The notes under the pieces are model-generated. The model worked only from the letters and a program-made list of their open reading frames with translations. It ran no database searches and was not told the DNA's origin. 64,000 bases of DNA from Octopus vulgaris (taxonomy: Eukaryota), in NCBI GenBank assembly GCA_951406725.2, contig OX597819.1:53320001-53384000 (forward strand), in the 5' to 3' direction. Within the stretch, counting starts at the first letter, position 1. The number at the start of each line of letters is the position of its first letter. Below, piece by piece: positions 40,996 through 53,960 of this stretch. The position numbers and the translations under genes are program-made.

Positions 40996-41499
40996 CAGGC
41001 TTGTTTCATATATGTGCTCAAACGTGTGTGCGTGGCGGGGTTACTATCTCCTTGCCTTGAACTTCACATGATAGTTGTAGAAAATCTGTTTCAACAAATT
41101 TTGTCCAGCCCATGCAAGCATGGAAAAAGGGACATCAAATAATGATGATGAGTCACCTATGCCTCACTGAGGAGAACCAATAAAATTTACACATGTTTGG
41201 AGACATCATTATGGCTACAAATGATTCAAACCTACATGCCCCTGTGTATCTCAAGTAATGTTATTATTTGGCTGATTGAAATTTTGGGAGTTCTCTCTTT
41301 GCACTCCTATGAGAGTAAATTTCCATTAATGCTAATTACTTTTTACCTCATCAGGGCCATAATTATTTCAATTAATTAAAAATTATTTTCATTTCACTAC
41401 CTCATGAACTGTAACATATATTATATACATACACGCAAACACACACATACACATATATATATGTGTGTGTATATATATATGTGTGTGTGTGTGTGTATG

Positions 41500-41531
<32 letters not shown>

Positions 41532-41665
41532 CTTGCACACATACACACAGATTTACATATGTATAGGTATATAAATATACAAACATTTGTATATACACAC
41601 ATACACACACGTGCACAGACAGACATACAGACATACATACACATACACATGAATGGTTGGGCAGA

Positions 41666-42018
41666 TACATACATACATACATACATACATACATACATAC
41701 ATACATACATACATACATACATACATACATACATACATACATACATACATACATACATACATACATACATACATACATACATACATACATACATACATAC
41801 ATACATACATACATACATACATACATACATACATACATACATACATACATACATACATACATACATACATACATACATACATACATACATACATACATAC
41901 ATACATACATACATACATACATACATACATACATACATACATACATACATACATACATACATACATACATACATACATACATACATACATACATACATGT
42001 ACATACATACATACATAC
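41666..42018. repeat. Long, near-perfect (TACA)n microsatellite (~350 bp)
   Basis: Seen directly. Confidence 0.95.
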
Positions 42019-42043
42019 CAGCATACATAAATATGATGATCAG

Positions 42044-42097
<54 letters not shown>

Positions 42098-42625
42098 TGA
42101 TGATCAGGCCATTATCTAGTTAGAATTACTACTTAGATAAAAAGAACATAAAATATTATGGAAAAGTGGAGCTAGAAAGAGCAGTTAAAATAACAGGAAT
42201 ATTCCAAGCAAGTGCTGGCATCACAAAAAACAACCCAATAAACTGTAAAATGGTTGGTATTAGGAAGGGCATCTAGCCATAGAAACCATGTCAAAACAGA
42301 CAATAGAGCTTCACACAGTCCTCTGGTTTGCCAGCTATTGTTAAACTGTCTAACCCATGCCAGCATGGAAGGCAGACGTTGATCATGATGATGATATTTG
42401 TTGATGTCATAAAAATTTTATTCACTGTCGAGAGAATGCGAATTAATTCTTTATCAGAATAAAGGTTCTCAAAGCGCATCAAATGTTGGATTGAAACACA
42501 CACACAACTCCAGAATGAAAACATTCTTTAAAAGAAAGAAATCTCAACCTTTCAATAACTTTAATAACAACAATCGTTTGTAGAATCTTTCAAAGCACAT
42601 CATTGTTTGTTTGAAATTAACTTAC

Positions 42626-42678
42626 AGTCCTGTACTGGAAGTTGTTGCAAGTGTTGCCAAGTCCTGAACATCATATAG
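42626..42678 (-). CDS. Candidate internal exon (53 nt LYDVQDLATLATTSSTG, or 38 nt from 42663), followed by an acceptor at 42526 opening MFSFWSCVCVSIQHLMRFENLYSDKELIRILS
   Basis: GTAAGT donor at 42625; acceptors attgtag and gttcag; downstream tttctttcttttaaag. Confidence 0.45.
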
Positions 42679-42714
42679 CTACAATTCAATGAGAATTGTT
42701 GTTTCTTCTCCTTC

Positions 42715-43375
42715 TTCATCATCATTTAATGTCTGTTTTCCATGCTGGCATGGGTTGGGCGATTAGACTGAGGACTGGTGAACCAGATGGCTGCACCAGG
42801 CTCCAATTTGATCTGGCAAAGTTTCTGCAGCTGGATGCCCTTCCTAACACCAACCACTCCGAGAGTGTAGCGGGTGCTTTTACGTGCCACCGGCACGAAG
42901 GCCAGTCAGGTGGTACTGGCAGCAGTCATGTTCAAATGGTGTTTTGTTTACATGCCAAATACACAGGAGCCAGTCCAGCGGTACTGGCAACAACCTCACT
43001 CAAATATTTTTACATGAGCCATTGGCACAAGCGCCAGTAAGGTGACACTAGTAACGATCACATTCGAATGGTACTTTTTACATGCCACCGGCATGGGAGC
43101 CAGTCAGCTGCTCTGGCAACAATCACACTCAGATGGTGCTCTTAGCCCTCTACTAGCACGGATACCTGTCGTAGGTGCTGTCATCAAATTTGATTTCGAT
43201 TTCACTTGCCTTAACAGGTCTTCACAAGCATAGTTTAGTGTACAATAAAGGAAAGGTACGCATAAGTGGCCTGGTTACACCCCTGGCATAGGCCACGGGT
43301 TATGGTCTCAATTGGCTTGCCGGGTTTTCTCAAGCACAGCATATTTCCAAAGGTCTCAGTCACTAGTCGTTGCCT
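42715..43375 (-). mobile_element. SINE family C, long copy
   Basis: Same motifs as 15460. Confidence 0.8.
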
Positions 43376-43737
43376 TTGGGGTCAAAAAACAGAAACTAAG
43401 CACTGTTCTGTGTGATGAAGTTTAGCCTCATTTTAGAAAAAATTTCCCATCAAAGACTGCTTCTTTGCACAATGTGCATTTATTTTTTGCTTTTTTTAAG
43501 TGAATTTCTTTAGATTTCTCTTCCTTCAATTTTCAAACATCATGGCAGTTATTATCTCAAGCAGCTAGTTAGAATTTGGTGACGTTATTTATTATTTATT
43601 AATGATCTAATTAGAGGAAGAGAGCTTGAACATGGAAAAAATAATTAGTGATATTTCAGTGGCATCTCTATACACAAGTGGTCTATGTGATAGTGGGATT
43701 TATTGTTTTTGAGCAGGAATAGAATCATTATGTAAAT

Positions 43738-43976
43738 CAGTGGTTCCCAGCATGTGGTCTGCAAAAGTAGTACTGGTGGAATCCGTGAACATGTTAAGCT
43801 GACAGGCCTTTCAATATCCTGGGGTCCATGGGAAAACTCATTTCAATAAAAGTGAACTTTGTTGATAGAAACTGTTTGGAAGCCTGTCGTGTGTGTTATG
43901 TGTATGTTTGTCATCCAGCATTGCTTGACAATCAGTGTTGGTTTATGTTTGGTAGTGAAAAGGTTGGGAATCACCG
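43738..43976. mobile_element. hAT (Charlie/MER5-like) MITE
   Basis: TIRs CAGTGGTTCCCAGC / GTTGGGAATCACCG; 8-bp TSD atgtaaat/atgtagat. Confidence 0.65.
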
Positions 43977-44298
43977 ATGTAGATGATCATTGCAGTTAAT
44001 ACCATTGTTAGCAATAGGGGCCCTACAAAACCTTTGAATTCAGAAGCAAAGCGTGTTGAGTATTTTCTTCAATTTTTTTGAATCCTCAGACCATAAGGTA
44101 TGTGTGTCAACAGAGAAACACTGTCTTTGTTATATCAATGAAGGAGCTGAAAACATATCTCAGAATGCTTTTCTGCTTTGCAGTTTCCAAGTTATAGAGA
44201 CTGGTAGAACACAAATTCAGCTTTGAGACAAGAAATCAATAACCACAAACTGATATAGTGTAACCATATGTGAAAACGCATACATGTAATCAGCTTAC

Positions 44299-44313
44299 CT
44301 GTATTCAACCTAC
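44299..44313 (-). CDS. 15-nt frame-preserving microexon GTAGGTTGAATACAG, (G)RLNT(G), phase 1-1
   Basis: cacttgcacttgcccag|...CAG|gtaagc; ~80-nt AG-free zone; TGC motifs before the acceptor. Confidence 0.65.
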
Positions 44314-44572
44314 CTGGGCAAGTGCAAGTGACACAACAACAGGTAAAAACCATCAACAAATAAAAACAACATTCATGATATACACCAACAATGATTCTAT
44401 TATTTTAGTAAGTTCCATCCAAATTCCTGATTTTTCATACTAGGCTAACTTCATTTCATCAGAATCTCTATTTGCAAACAGAATTGGAAGATCTATAGAC
44501 AGAGGGCACTAAAAAAATTTAAGAGTTAAATATTTATTAAGAGTAAATGGATAAAATCTCTAATTAAAAGTA

Positions 44573-44625
44573 TCAGCCTCCTTCATCTTCATTGTGACTA
44601 ACTTCAGAAGAGAGTGAGTTATAAT
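44573..44625 (-). CDS. Candidate terminal exon, phase 1: (D)YNSLSSEVSHNEDEGG*
   Basis: Acceptor ctctttgtttag; open frame to TGA. Confidence 0.45.
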
Positions 44626-45462
44626 CTAAACAAAGAGTTTTATGAAGCATAAGTAAATTCTAAAGCAAAATGTTTTGGTTTTAAGCGAAGACTGGAACAT
44701 CTGTGAAATATCAAACACGCAGAACTAAACTTAAACAAACTGGGCAAACAGGTTTCCAAATGTAAACTGATTCCTGTAACTTAATCATCTGAATCGACAC
44801 AGGCTAACAACCTTGATGTAAACAAAACCCAAAATAGTGATACATACTACTACAATATCTGCAAACAGCTATGTAGAACTGAACAAAGTATCTCTTGTCA
44901 AATACATATGAAGAGGGATACTACACGAAAATACAACACATGACAAAGATTCTACATGTAAATGGAAATGGGTCTCCACTATTTTCAACATTCTGTTCAT
45001 TTTATCTTTTATATGTTTCAGCCAATGAACTGTGGCCCTGCTGGGGCAACACTTTGAAGAGTTCAGCAGAACAAACTGACCAGAGTACTTACTTTAAAGT
45101 CTGGTATTTATTATATTGGTCGCTTTCACTGAAAAAATAAACTTATGGGAACATAAACCAACACTGATTGTCAAGCAATGCTGGATGACAAACATACACA
45201 TAACACACACGACAGGCTTCCAAACAGTTTCTATCAACAAAGTTCACTCGAAAGGCATTGGTTGGCACAAAGCTATAGGAGAAGACACCGATGAAATGTG
45301 CTGTGTAGTGGGGTTGAACCTGAAACTACATGGTTGCAAAACAAGCTTCTTGTTCAGTAAATTGAACTGCCAAATCTTTGAATCAAATATGGAGTGACTG
45401 AGTTTTGCACATGAATACATACACTTAACATAATCTTCAGGCAAAGTCAATGGGACATAGAT

Positions 45463-45495
<33 letters not shown>

Positions 45496-46142
45496 CAAGA
45501 TTGCTCTATGAACTACAGATACAGTTCATCTGATGATCTACAGTTTTCATCCACCTAATTTTACTCGAGAAAGCTTGTGTCAGCTTCTCTGGTAGAAAGT
45601 ACTTGCCCATGATCCAATGCAGTGGGACTGAACCCAAGACCCAATGATTCCAAAGCAAACTTCTCAAACACTGAGCCATATTTTTGCCCCTGCCATCCAC
45701 ACACATACACACACACACACACACAAACACATTTACTTATACTCAGTTCTGTCGTAGGCCCTTGGACTGACATGGCCAAAGCTTAATCCAGTTTCAGCAG
45801 CGTGTAAGTGACAAATATAGCAACATGCCTCCTGAATGGGACACTGGTTCACTATAAGGTTCACTTCCCAGCAATTGCTGGAACATATTTACAGCCAGAT
45901 AGACTGCAGCAACATAAAATGAAGAATAAAATTCACACAACTCAACTCAGGAATACAATGCACGCTCAGTCTAAGAATTGAAATCATGATCTAATGAATG
46001 CGAATGCAATATCCTAACCTCTAGGCTGCATGCCTTCACACACAAACAACATTTTAATTATTTTGTCACTTTTATACCTCTTTATTCACAATTACAGAGA
46101 AATTGAACAATGAAAATACAGAAGCTAGTACCAAACAATACC

Positions 46143-46252
46143 TCACAAAATATTGTATTGAGCAGGTGCCAGAGCTACAGAATACACCAACAGCAAACAA
46201 TTGAGAATTATTTTAAATAGATTACACAGAATTATCTTTCTGTGATGGCAGG
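46143..46252 (-). CDS. Candidate terminal exon: phase 1 (A)CHHRKIILCNLFKIILNCLLLVYSVALAPAQYNIL*, phase 2 LPSQKDNSV*
   Basis: Acceptor ccctttccccctcttgcacacaccatgctcacccag; possible 6-nt microexon at 46318-46323 just upstream. Confidence 0.4.
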
Positions 46253-46370
46253 CTGGGTGAGCATGGTGTGTGCAAGAGGGGGAAAGGGTAAATCAAATTC
46301 AAAATACAAATAAATACCTGAAGCTATAACTTGCATATTCATGCAAAGTTAAATGATTTTATACACACAT

Positions 46371-46460
<90 letters not shown>

Positions 46461-46699
46461 GTATGTATTTACTCATAGACATAGGGCATAAGAGAGAAAG
46501 CTATAGAGACAGATGGAATGTATATGTTTGTGCTTGAATGAAAGCAATCAAATAGAATCATTTGTGTCATGATATATTTTTTTAGATTTATTTAAATGAG
46601 ATCATACGAATAACAATAAACTGCTGTCAAATATACATTCATATCCACACACACAAATACACATATATATCATTATCATCATCATTTAACGCAAATGAT

Positions 46700-46757
<58 letters not shown>

Positions 46758-47254
46758 ATCTTGTGTCTTGGTATAAGTGTGTACATATACATATGTGTAT
46801 GAAGTGTACGAATGTACATGTGTGTACACAAATAGGTAAGCTTGTGATTATATATCCATTTCTGTATATGCATACATATACGCATACACACATCTGTGTG
46901 AGTTTCATGTGCATATGTGCATCTGCATTGTGTGTGGGTTAGGTGAGTGTTAGCATGTGTGTGTTTTTATAAAGCTGGTTGGCACAGTAAATGCATGCTG
47001 CTGTCTGACGGTTGAATGCAATGTTGTTTAAGTAATAGCTGATTGGCTCAGTTATTCACTTGTTCATCTTTGTTTATTTGCTTTTGTTTTCTTTGTTGTG
47101 TGTTACTGCTTCTTTATTTATTTATTTATTTTTTTGCTTATCTATTTTAATTTGGCTTCTCGCTCCCCTAACTTCTAAAAAAAAATAATAAAACAAAAAA
47201 AAAACAAAAACAAAAAACTTATTCCAAAGTATCATGTGAAGCAACAAGGTTTTT

Positions 47255-47289
47255 CTAATCCTTTTTAATAAAATTAATTTCACAGTTCA
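47255..47289 (-). CDS. Candidate terminal exon, phase 1: (V)NCEINFIKKD*
   Basis: First AG after a 257-nt AG-free zone headed by CTAAT and a long pyrimidine tract. Confidence 0.45.
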
Positions 47290-47802
47290 CTTCAGCAAAT
47301 TAAAGAAGAGGAGAAAGAAAAACAAAAACAAGCAACAAAAAAAAAAATGATGGTAAATAATAACCAAATAAAAGATTATGATGTGTGATTTGAAGAAAGC
47401 AGAGGAATACAGTTTAGCAGCGCAAACATCGAATTCAATGTGTATATTTATAAAATGAGAGGAGAGGTAAAGAGAGGCAAGGAGAGAAGCAGGGGGGTTT
47501 GCAGGAGATGTGTGAAAAGACAGATAATAGATTTATTAGACAATAAATCTAAAATGATCAATAAAAGTGTCTAGAAACAGTTATGGTAATAATTAATGAT
47601 AATTTTTCTAGATGTTGTCAGTGATTGATATCGTGTACAATATGTTGTTATTATTATTAGAGAGAGAGAGAAAGAATGTACACATAATGCATTTCACCAG
47701 CAGAAACATATTTAAATCATACAGTCAAAGAACAGAAAATAAAGGAGGGTGACAGGTGGGTGGGATGACTGGAACACAACCATTACAACAACAAAAACAA
47801 AT

Positions 47803-47834
<32 letters not shown>

Positions 47835-50192
47835 CACATATATATATATATACATATATACATACATTCATATACAAAAAAAATGAAAAAGAAAATATTC
47901 CACTTGCTAATTAACTAGAGATATGATCGATGGATTAAAATCCAGTTAAATGTATGAATAATCATACCGTTGCTTAATTATAATGGTGTCAAAATTTATT
48001 TTTCTTTTTGTATCATATTTTATTCTTTTTTTTTTGTTTTTGTTTTTAATCAGAAGGATTGCTGGCATCATATTGCAATAAATCAGAAATTTAGCGAGAC
48101 ATTTCGCAGCCAACTGAATTCGTTTTGCATCTTCATCATTACAGGTCAGCAAACTTGCTTTAGTCTAATGAGCAAGAGCTCCTCCCAAGCACTGCCATGT
48201 AAAATGCAAACTTCAGCATCTGTTTTAAGTCAATTTCATTTCCTTGTCAATACATTCTAAAATCTATACCCTCATGGTTAGGAATTAAACACCATGAAGT
48301 ATCTACACCCACCTTTGCATACACACCACAAAGAACAGGCTTTAACATATTTTTCAACTTTCCATGATTTATTTTCATCCAATATGACCCAATCACCTCA
48401 TTTTTTTGATCTGAAAACTTTACTTTGGCTCATGTCACGTCATATAATCTCTCCTGGAATGATTCTGATCTGGTCCAACAGCTGCATAATGTTTCAGCTT
48501 TACTACATTGTATTATCAAGTGAATAATTTAAATTCAGGCGATTCCAAGCCAATTGCAAAATTAATTAAATGTAGTGCTGTGTCTGTGTATGAGCACATG
48601 AATGCGTGTTTAGGCATACAAAGAGAAATAAAGGTGTCAATGTATAGTTTATTTATTTATATATGCATATATAGGCGCAGGAGTGGCTGTGTGGTAAGAA
48701 GACTGTCGTATATATGTGTATATATATAATAATTATTTGAGGGAATATTATTCCTAACTTACAGGGAAAAATTCAACTTAGAAATACTAAATCAAATTTC
48801 ACAAAATGTGTGTGTGTGTTTCAGTCCCCCCAACATCGCTTGACAACCGATGCTGGTGTGTTTATGTCCCTGTAACTTAGCGGTTCAGCAAAGAGACTGA
48901 TAGAATAAGTACTAGGCTTACAAAGAATAAGTCCTGGGGTCGATTTGCTCAACTAAAGATGGTGCTCCAGCATGGCCACAGTCAAATGACTGAAAAGAAT
49001 AAAAGAGTATATAGATTATATACAAGCAGTTTGCTTGCCAGCCATGAGGTTTCAAGTTCACACCCTGAATGGTAACTAGGGAAGTGTCTTCTACTATAGC
49101 CAAGAATTAACCAAAACCTCATGAGTACCTATAGTAGACAGAAACTGAAAGAAGACCATAGGATATATGTACAGTTGTGTCTACAAACACACATGTGTGT
49201 CAGTTTGTATTTGTCACATCTACATGTGTTTCAATTACTAAATGTAAAGCAATGGTTTTGTGAGAGGCGTCATTTGCTTACAATTAACTGCAAAAACATG
49301 TTCAAGTTTGTTGACATGTGCAATCTTTGTAAACAAAGAGCACATTTATATGGTGTCGTTTGTTTCCAGGTCTCTATGTAAATATGTCCAGGCTGTTTGT
49401 TGCTTGATAATCTGATGGATTATTACCTCACCTGGAAAAGTGGAGATTGGCAACAGGAAGGGGGGTGAGGAGGAGGAGGAAATTTTTTTAATTGGCTTCT
49501 CAATTAATTTACAACATGAAGGACTTACCAAAAATTAGTTGAACTTATGTTGAGCTAATATCAGTAGAAGGACTTATATGTAAGTGGAATTTATATTATG
49601 TTGAGGCAATAAGGGGAGCCACTAAGCAGTTGTTAAACCTGCTAGAAGTATCAGGCAAATCTACCAGAAATTACATATGACCATTGTGTAAATACTACCA
49701 ATAATAAGAACATTGGATTATGTCTGAATAAAATACGGAATTATTATGACTAGAAAGTCTTCAATTATAGATTTGCTTCATCACAAATAACTCATGTTAA
49801 TGACTTATGTAGATTTCCTTTAATTCAACAGAGTATAGGAAGGTGTGTATTGGTGGAAGTGCATATCTTCACAGATACACATGCATACATTTATATAATT
49901 TAGTGTGTAGAGTAAATGCATGTTGATTAAGCATTTTGTAAAAAAATTAAGTATGTGAACCTGAAATTCCTAATTAATATTAATACAAGTTTCTTGATGT
50001 ATTATTTATCACAAAGCACCTCAAAGATTTCTTTTTTGAATTCTAATGAAACTGAAGCAGATAATAGCAACTAGAACTCAACTGGAAATAAATCTGAAAT
50101 CTATTTGATTATCAGACTGAAATCCAGAGTATTACTCAACAATCATTGTGTATGTTACAACTTAGTTATACCTAACAGAAACCCATTTAGCT

Positions 50193-50299
50193 TCAGCAAC
50201 AGATGAAGAAGCATGGTTCATACTTATACTCATAAATCCCTTCATTATCCAAACTACAAGGTACCTCAAAAAAAGCACCATCTACAATTTCTTCCGTTT
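50193..50299 (-). CDS. Candidate terminal exon, phase 1: (E)TEEIVDGAFFEVPCSLDNEGIYEYKYEPCFFICC*
   Basis: Acceptor gaatttcag, with other in-frame phase-1 AGs upstream; TGCATG repeats upstream; 35 codons including the stop. Confidence 0.55.
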
Positions 50300-52063
50300 C
50301 TGAAATTCCCCAAGGCTTTGAAAGTACTCCAGTTAAGAATAGGCACACTACATACATGCATGCATGTTGTGAGTGCACAGAGAAAATTTCTTCTGTGCAA
50401 ATTTTGTCTTTGTGCAGTTATGTGCACATACATATAAGTAAGCCTCTTCAATTAAAACAAAATCTAATTTCATCTCAAAAACCTTGCATGTGCAGATTTT
50501 TTTTTTTTTTGCAGTCATAAAATCTGTTTATGTGAAAGTATACAGTTTACAGGAAACATTGCTGCCAAATCTAGGGTTGATTTAATCCAACTAACCACCT
50601 CCCAAAAATTGTTGGCCTGGCATCTATCTACATGAGAAACAGACACCACCTTCACCACTAATACCATCATTACCAAACAAATTACAAGATTGTAGGAAGC
50701 TATCTAACATTAATGGCTACTTAGATGATTTGTCAAAATCAATAATCTTGCAATTGAAATTGTAAACTACAAACAAAATTAATGAAGATTAAAAGTTGAT
50801 AGATACTACTGTGTGTATGGGAGGGGTCGGAAGTTTCCTTTAAAGCTGCATGGTTTCTGGCATTCACTCCCACTTAATGGCACGTTGGATGTCTTTTGCT
50901 GTAGTTGTGGGCCAACTAATGTCTTGTGAAGGAAATTAAAGAGACAGAATCAGTAGAAAGCCCTTCGTTTGTTGACATTTTCCCTCTCAAGCAATCATCT
51001 GCCGGCTTTGTGCTTTCAAAGATGTGTAGAATAAGAGATCCTATACTTGAAACACTGGTGAGAGAGTTAGTGCCAGGAAGGATCTGATTTGAAATAATTG
51101 TTTCAATATCATATTCATTTAACCCACTAACCCATACCAGCATGGAAAAAATGGGTTTAAAAATGAACAAATGTAATATATGTTCCCACCCTGAGAAATC
51201 ATTCATTCCCTTCAGCAAGACCCCTTTTCTTGTCCCTCTTATTTCTTTATTGCCCATAAGGGGCTACACACAGAGGGGACAAACAAGGACACATAAACAG
51301 ATTAAGTCAATTATACCAATCCCAGTGCATAACTGGTACTATTTTAATCAACCCCAAAAGGATGAAAGGCAAAGTCAACCTCGGCGGAATTTGAACTCAG
51401 AACATAATGGCAGACGAAATACCGCTAAGTATTTCGCCCAGCACACTAATGTTTCTGCCAGTTCACTGCCTTAATGTTCTTGTTCCTCTATTATACTCAC
51501 ACCTCCTTCAATACCCTACTCAGTTGAGGGGGTCTTGTCTTGCAAGTAGTTGGTAACTGGATAAGTGCTGGCGCCATGGAAAGAAGTACCTAGTATAAAC
51601 TGTAAAGTGATTGGCATCCATCTGTAGAAACAATGCCAAAAAAGATACTGAAGTGTGATACAGCCCTCTGGCTCATTAGATCCTGTTAAACCTTCAAACC
51701 CATGCTAACATAGAAATGATGATGATAATGATCTCAATCACAAATACACACAAAGAATATATTTTGAATTTAGAAATTAAAAGAGTTTTAATGAAAGCAG
51801 ACTATGATATATAGATTAAACTACACCAGTTTTATAACTGACATCACAGAAGCTGAAATGAGGATTCTGCCAGCAGAGGTTGTGTAAGATATATGTTACT
51901 GCATTCTTCTCACTCAACATACAAGTCAAACATCATAGAGGCAAAAAAAAAAAATTTTTTTTTGATCATTAAATTAAAGAGGTGGTGTAAAAGATGAAAA
52001 AGCAACCAAAAGAAACAAAAATAAAATTTAAAATAAATAAAAACAAAAATTACATATGTTTAA

Positions 52064-52113
52064 CTAATTTATACAACCAAAAGTAATGCATTTTAAAGAA
52101 TGAACTGTGGCTT
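52064..52113 (-). CDS. Candidate terminal exon, phase 1: (E)ATVHSLKCITFGCIN*
   Basis: Acceptor ccccttttacattttatctcttgatttacacactcatcag. Confidence 0.4.
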
Positions 52114-52753
52114 CTGATGAGTGTGTAAATCAAGAGATAAAATGTAAAAGGGGAGTATACAGCTTTCAACATTTCTTTATGTAGTAAGGAATGCTAATAA
52201 AAGATAATTCTACAAGAGATGTACATTGAAATTAAGAGTTGAGAAGAGTACTGGGATAGATGCCAGATAATGATTCCATCTAAGCTCATAAATTAACAGT
52301 CTGGAATCTCTGGAGATAAAGCAGGGCTTGGCTCAATTTCTTCAAATATTAATTTAACCTAAAGCCAAAAGTTGTTTGATATTCTCTGAATGACTGACAA
52401 TCCTTTTTGAAGAATTTTGTCTAGCTTAGTCAATATTTATATTCCCCTAGCTCTGCCTAGACTAATCCCACACCGCACATTAGAAAATTCAGCTTGCCTG
52501 AGTCTATAAAAGTCATGACAAGTTTCTGAAAATGACATGGATATCTAGCTTTGGCAAATCAAGTTTATTGACAGTAAATTGCAAGAGTGTATAATAAATA
52601 CAAACATAACCATAAGGGGATTTTAGTGTCTAACACGGGAAGTGATTGTAACATTAACAATAATAACGACAATGTTAAATGACCCAACAGATACATAAAC
52701 TGCTAGCAGATAAATAAATGCAAAGAATAAATATGTATCCATATGTATACATA

Positions 52754-52790
<37 letters not shown>

Positions 52791-53076
52791 AGTGCATGTG
52801 TGTGTCGTCTTTTAATTGTCTGTAACATTAACAACCGATATATGTATATTTATAACAACTGTAGTATATGTATATTTAAACAGTGTCTTTGTAAATATCA
52901 TTAGTGTCATATTAGATGACACTCGACACAACCCAGTTTCAATTGATGTGTCTAAGAGCTCCATTCAATTGTAGAAATATCCTTCAGAATAGCATGGCAA
53001 CCACAGTTTCCTATATCACTTGCTTGGAATCTTTGGGCCTCATGTCACTAAAAGAAATCAATACTATTCTTCATAC

Positions 53077-53109
<33 letters not shown>

Positions 53110-53112
<3 letters not shown>

Positions 53113-53960
53113 GGTAGCAAGCTGGCAAAATCATTAATACATAGGACAAAATGCTTTGCAGCATTTCTTCCAAGTCATTACATTCCAAGCTCAAATTCCA
53201 CCATGGGTCAACTTTACCTTTCATCCTTTCACAGCTGATCAAATAAATACCAGTTGAGTACTGGGATCGATGTAGTAAACTTACACCCTCTTCCTAAAAT
53301 TGCCAGCCATGTGCCAAAATTTGAAGCCATTATTATTAGTATTAAGGTGGTAAACTGGAAGAATTGTTGGCATGGCAGACAAAATGCTTAGCAGTATTTC
53401 ATTCATCTTTACATTCTCAGTTCAAATGCCACCCAGGTCAACTTTGCGTTTCATCATTTCAGGGACGATAAATTAAGTACCAGTCAAGCACTGAAACTGA
53501 TGTAATGGACTAGACCCCTCTCACAAAATTTCAGGCCTTGTGTCTTTGGCATGCTGAACAAAATGCTTAGCAGCATTTCATCTGTCTTTACATTCAGAGT
53601 TCAAATACTGCCAAGGTTGACTTAGCCCTTCATCCTTTTGGGGGTCAATAAAATAAGTACCAGTTGAGCACTGGAGTCAAGGTAATTGACTTTCAGCTTC
53701 ACCACTCCCCAAATTTGCTGGCCTTGTGCCAAAAATAGGGTTTATTATTATTATGGTAGCAAGCTCACAGAATTATTACAACACTGGACAAAATGCTTCA
53801 TGATATTTCTTCTAGCTTTATGCGCTGAGTTCAAATTATACCATGGTCAACTTTGCTTTTCAACCTTTTGGGGTCAATAAAATAGATACCAGTTGAATAC
53901 TGAGGTCAATGTAATCAACTAGCCTCTTGCCCCAAAATTTCATGTCTCGAGTAGAAAGGA
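53110..53960 (-). mobile_element. Tandem cluster of ~4 SINE family A copies
   Basis: Repeated caaaatgctt...gagttcaaat...tcaactttgc..tcatccttt...aagtaccagttgag. Confidence 0.8.

Noticed and set aside
42027-42111. 21-bp direct repeat taaatatgatgatcaggccat around (TA)n
   Set aside because: Local slippage duplication; no element lies between the copies.
41389-42119. Long ORFs (up to 218 aa) of MYVC/HTYI repeats; similar ones at 27314-28056 and 62671-63402
   Set aside because: Translations of (TACA)n and (TA)n microsatellites.
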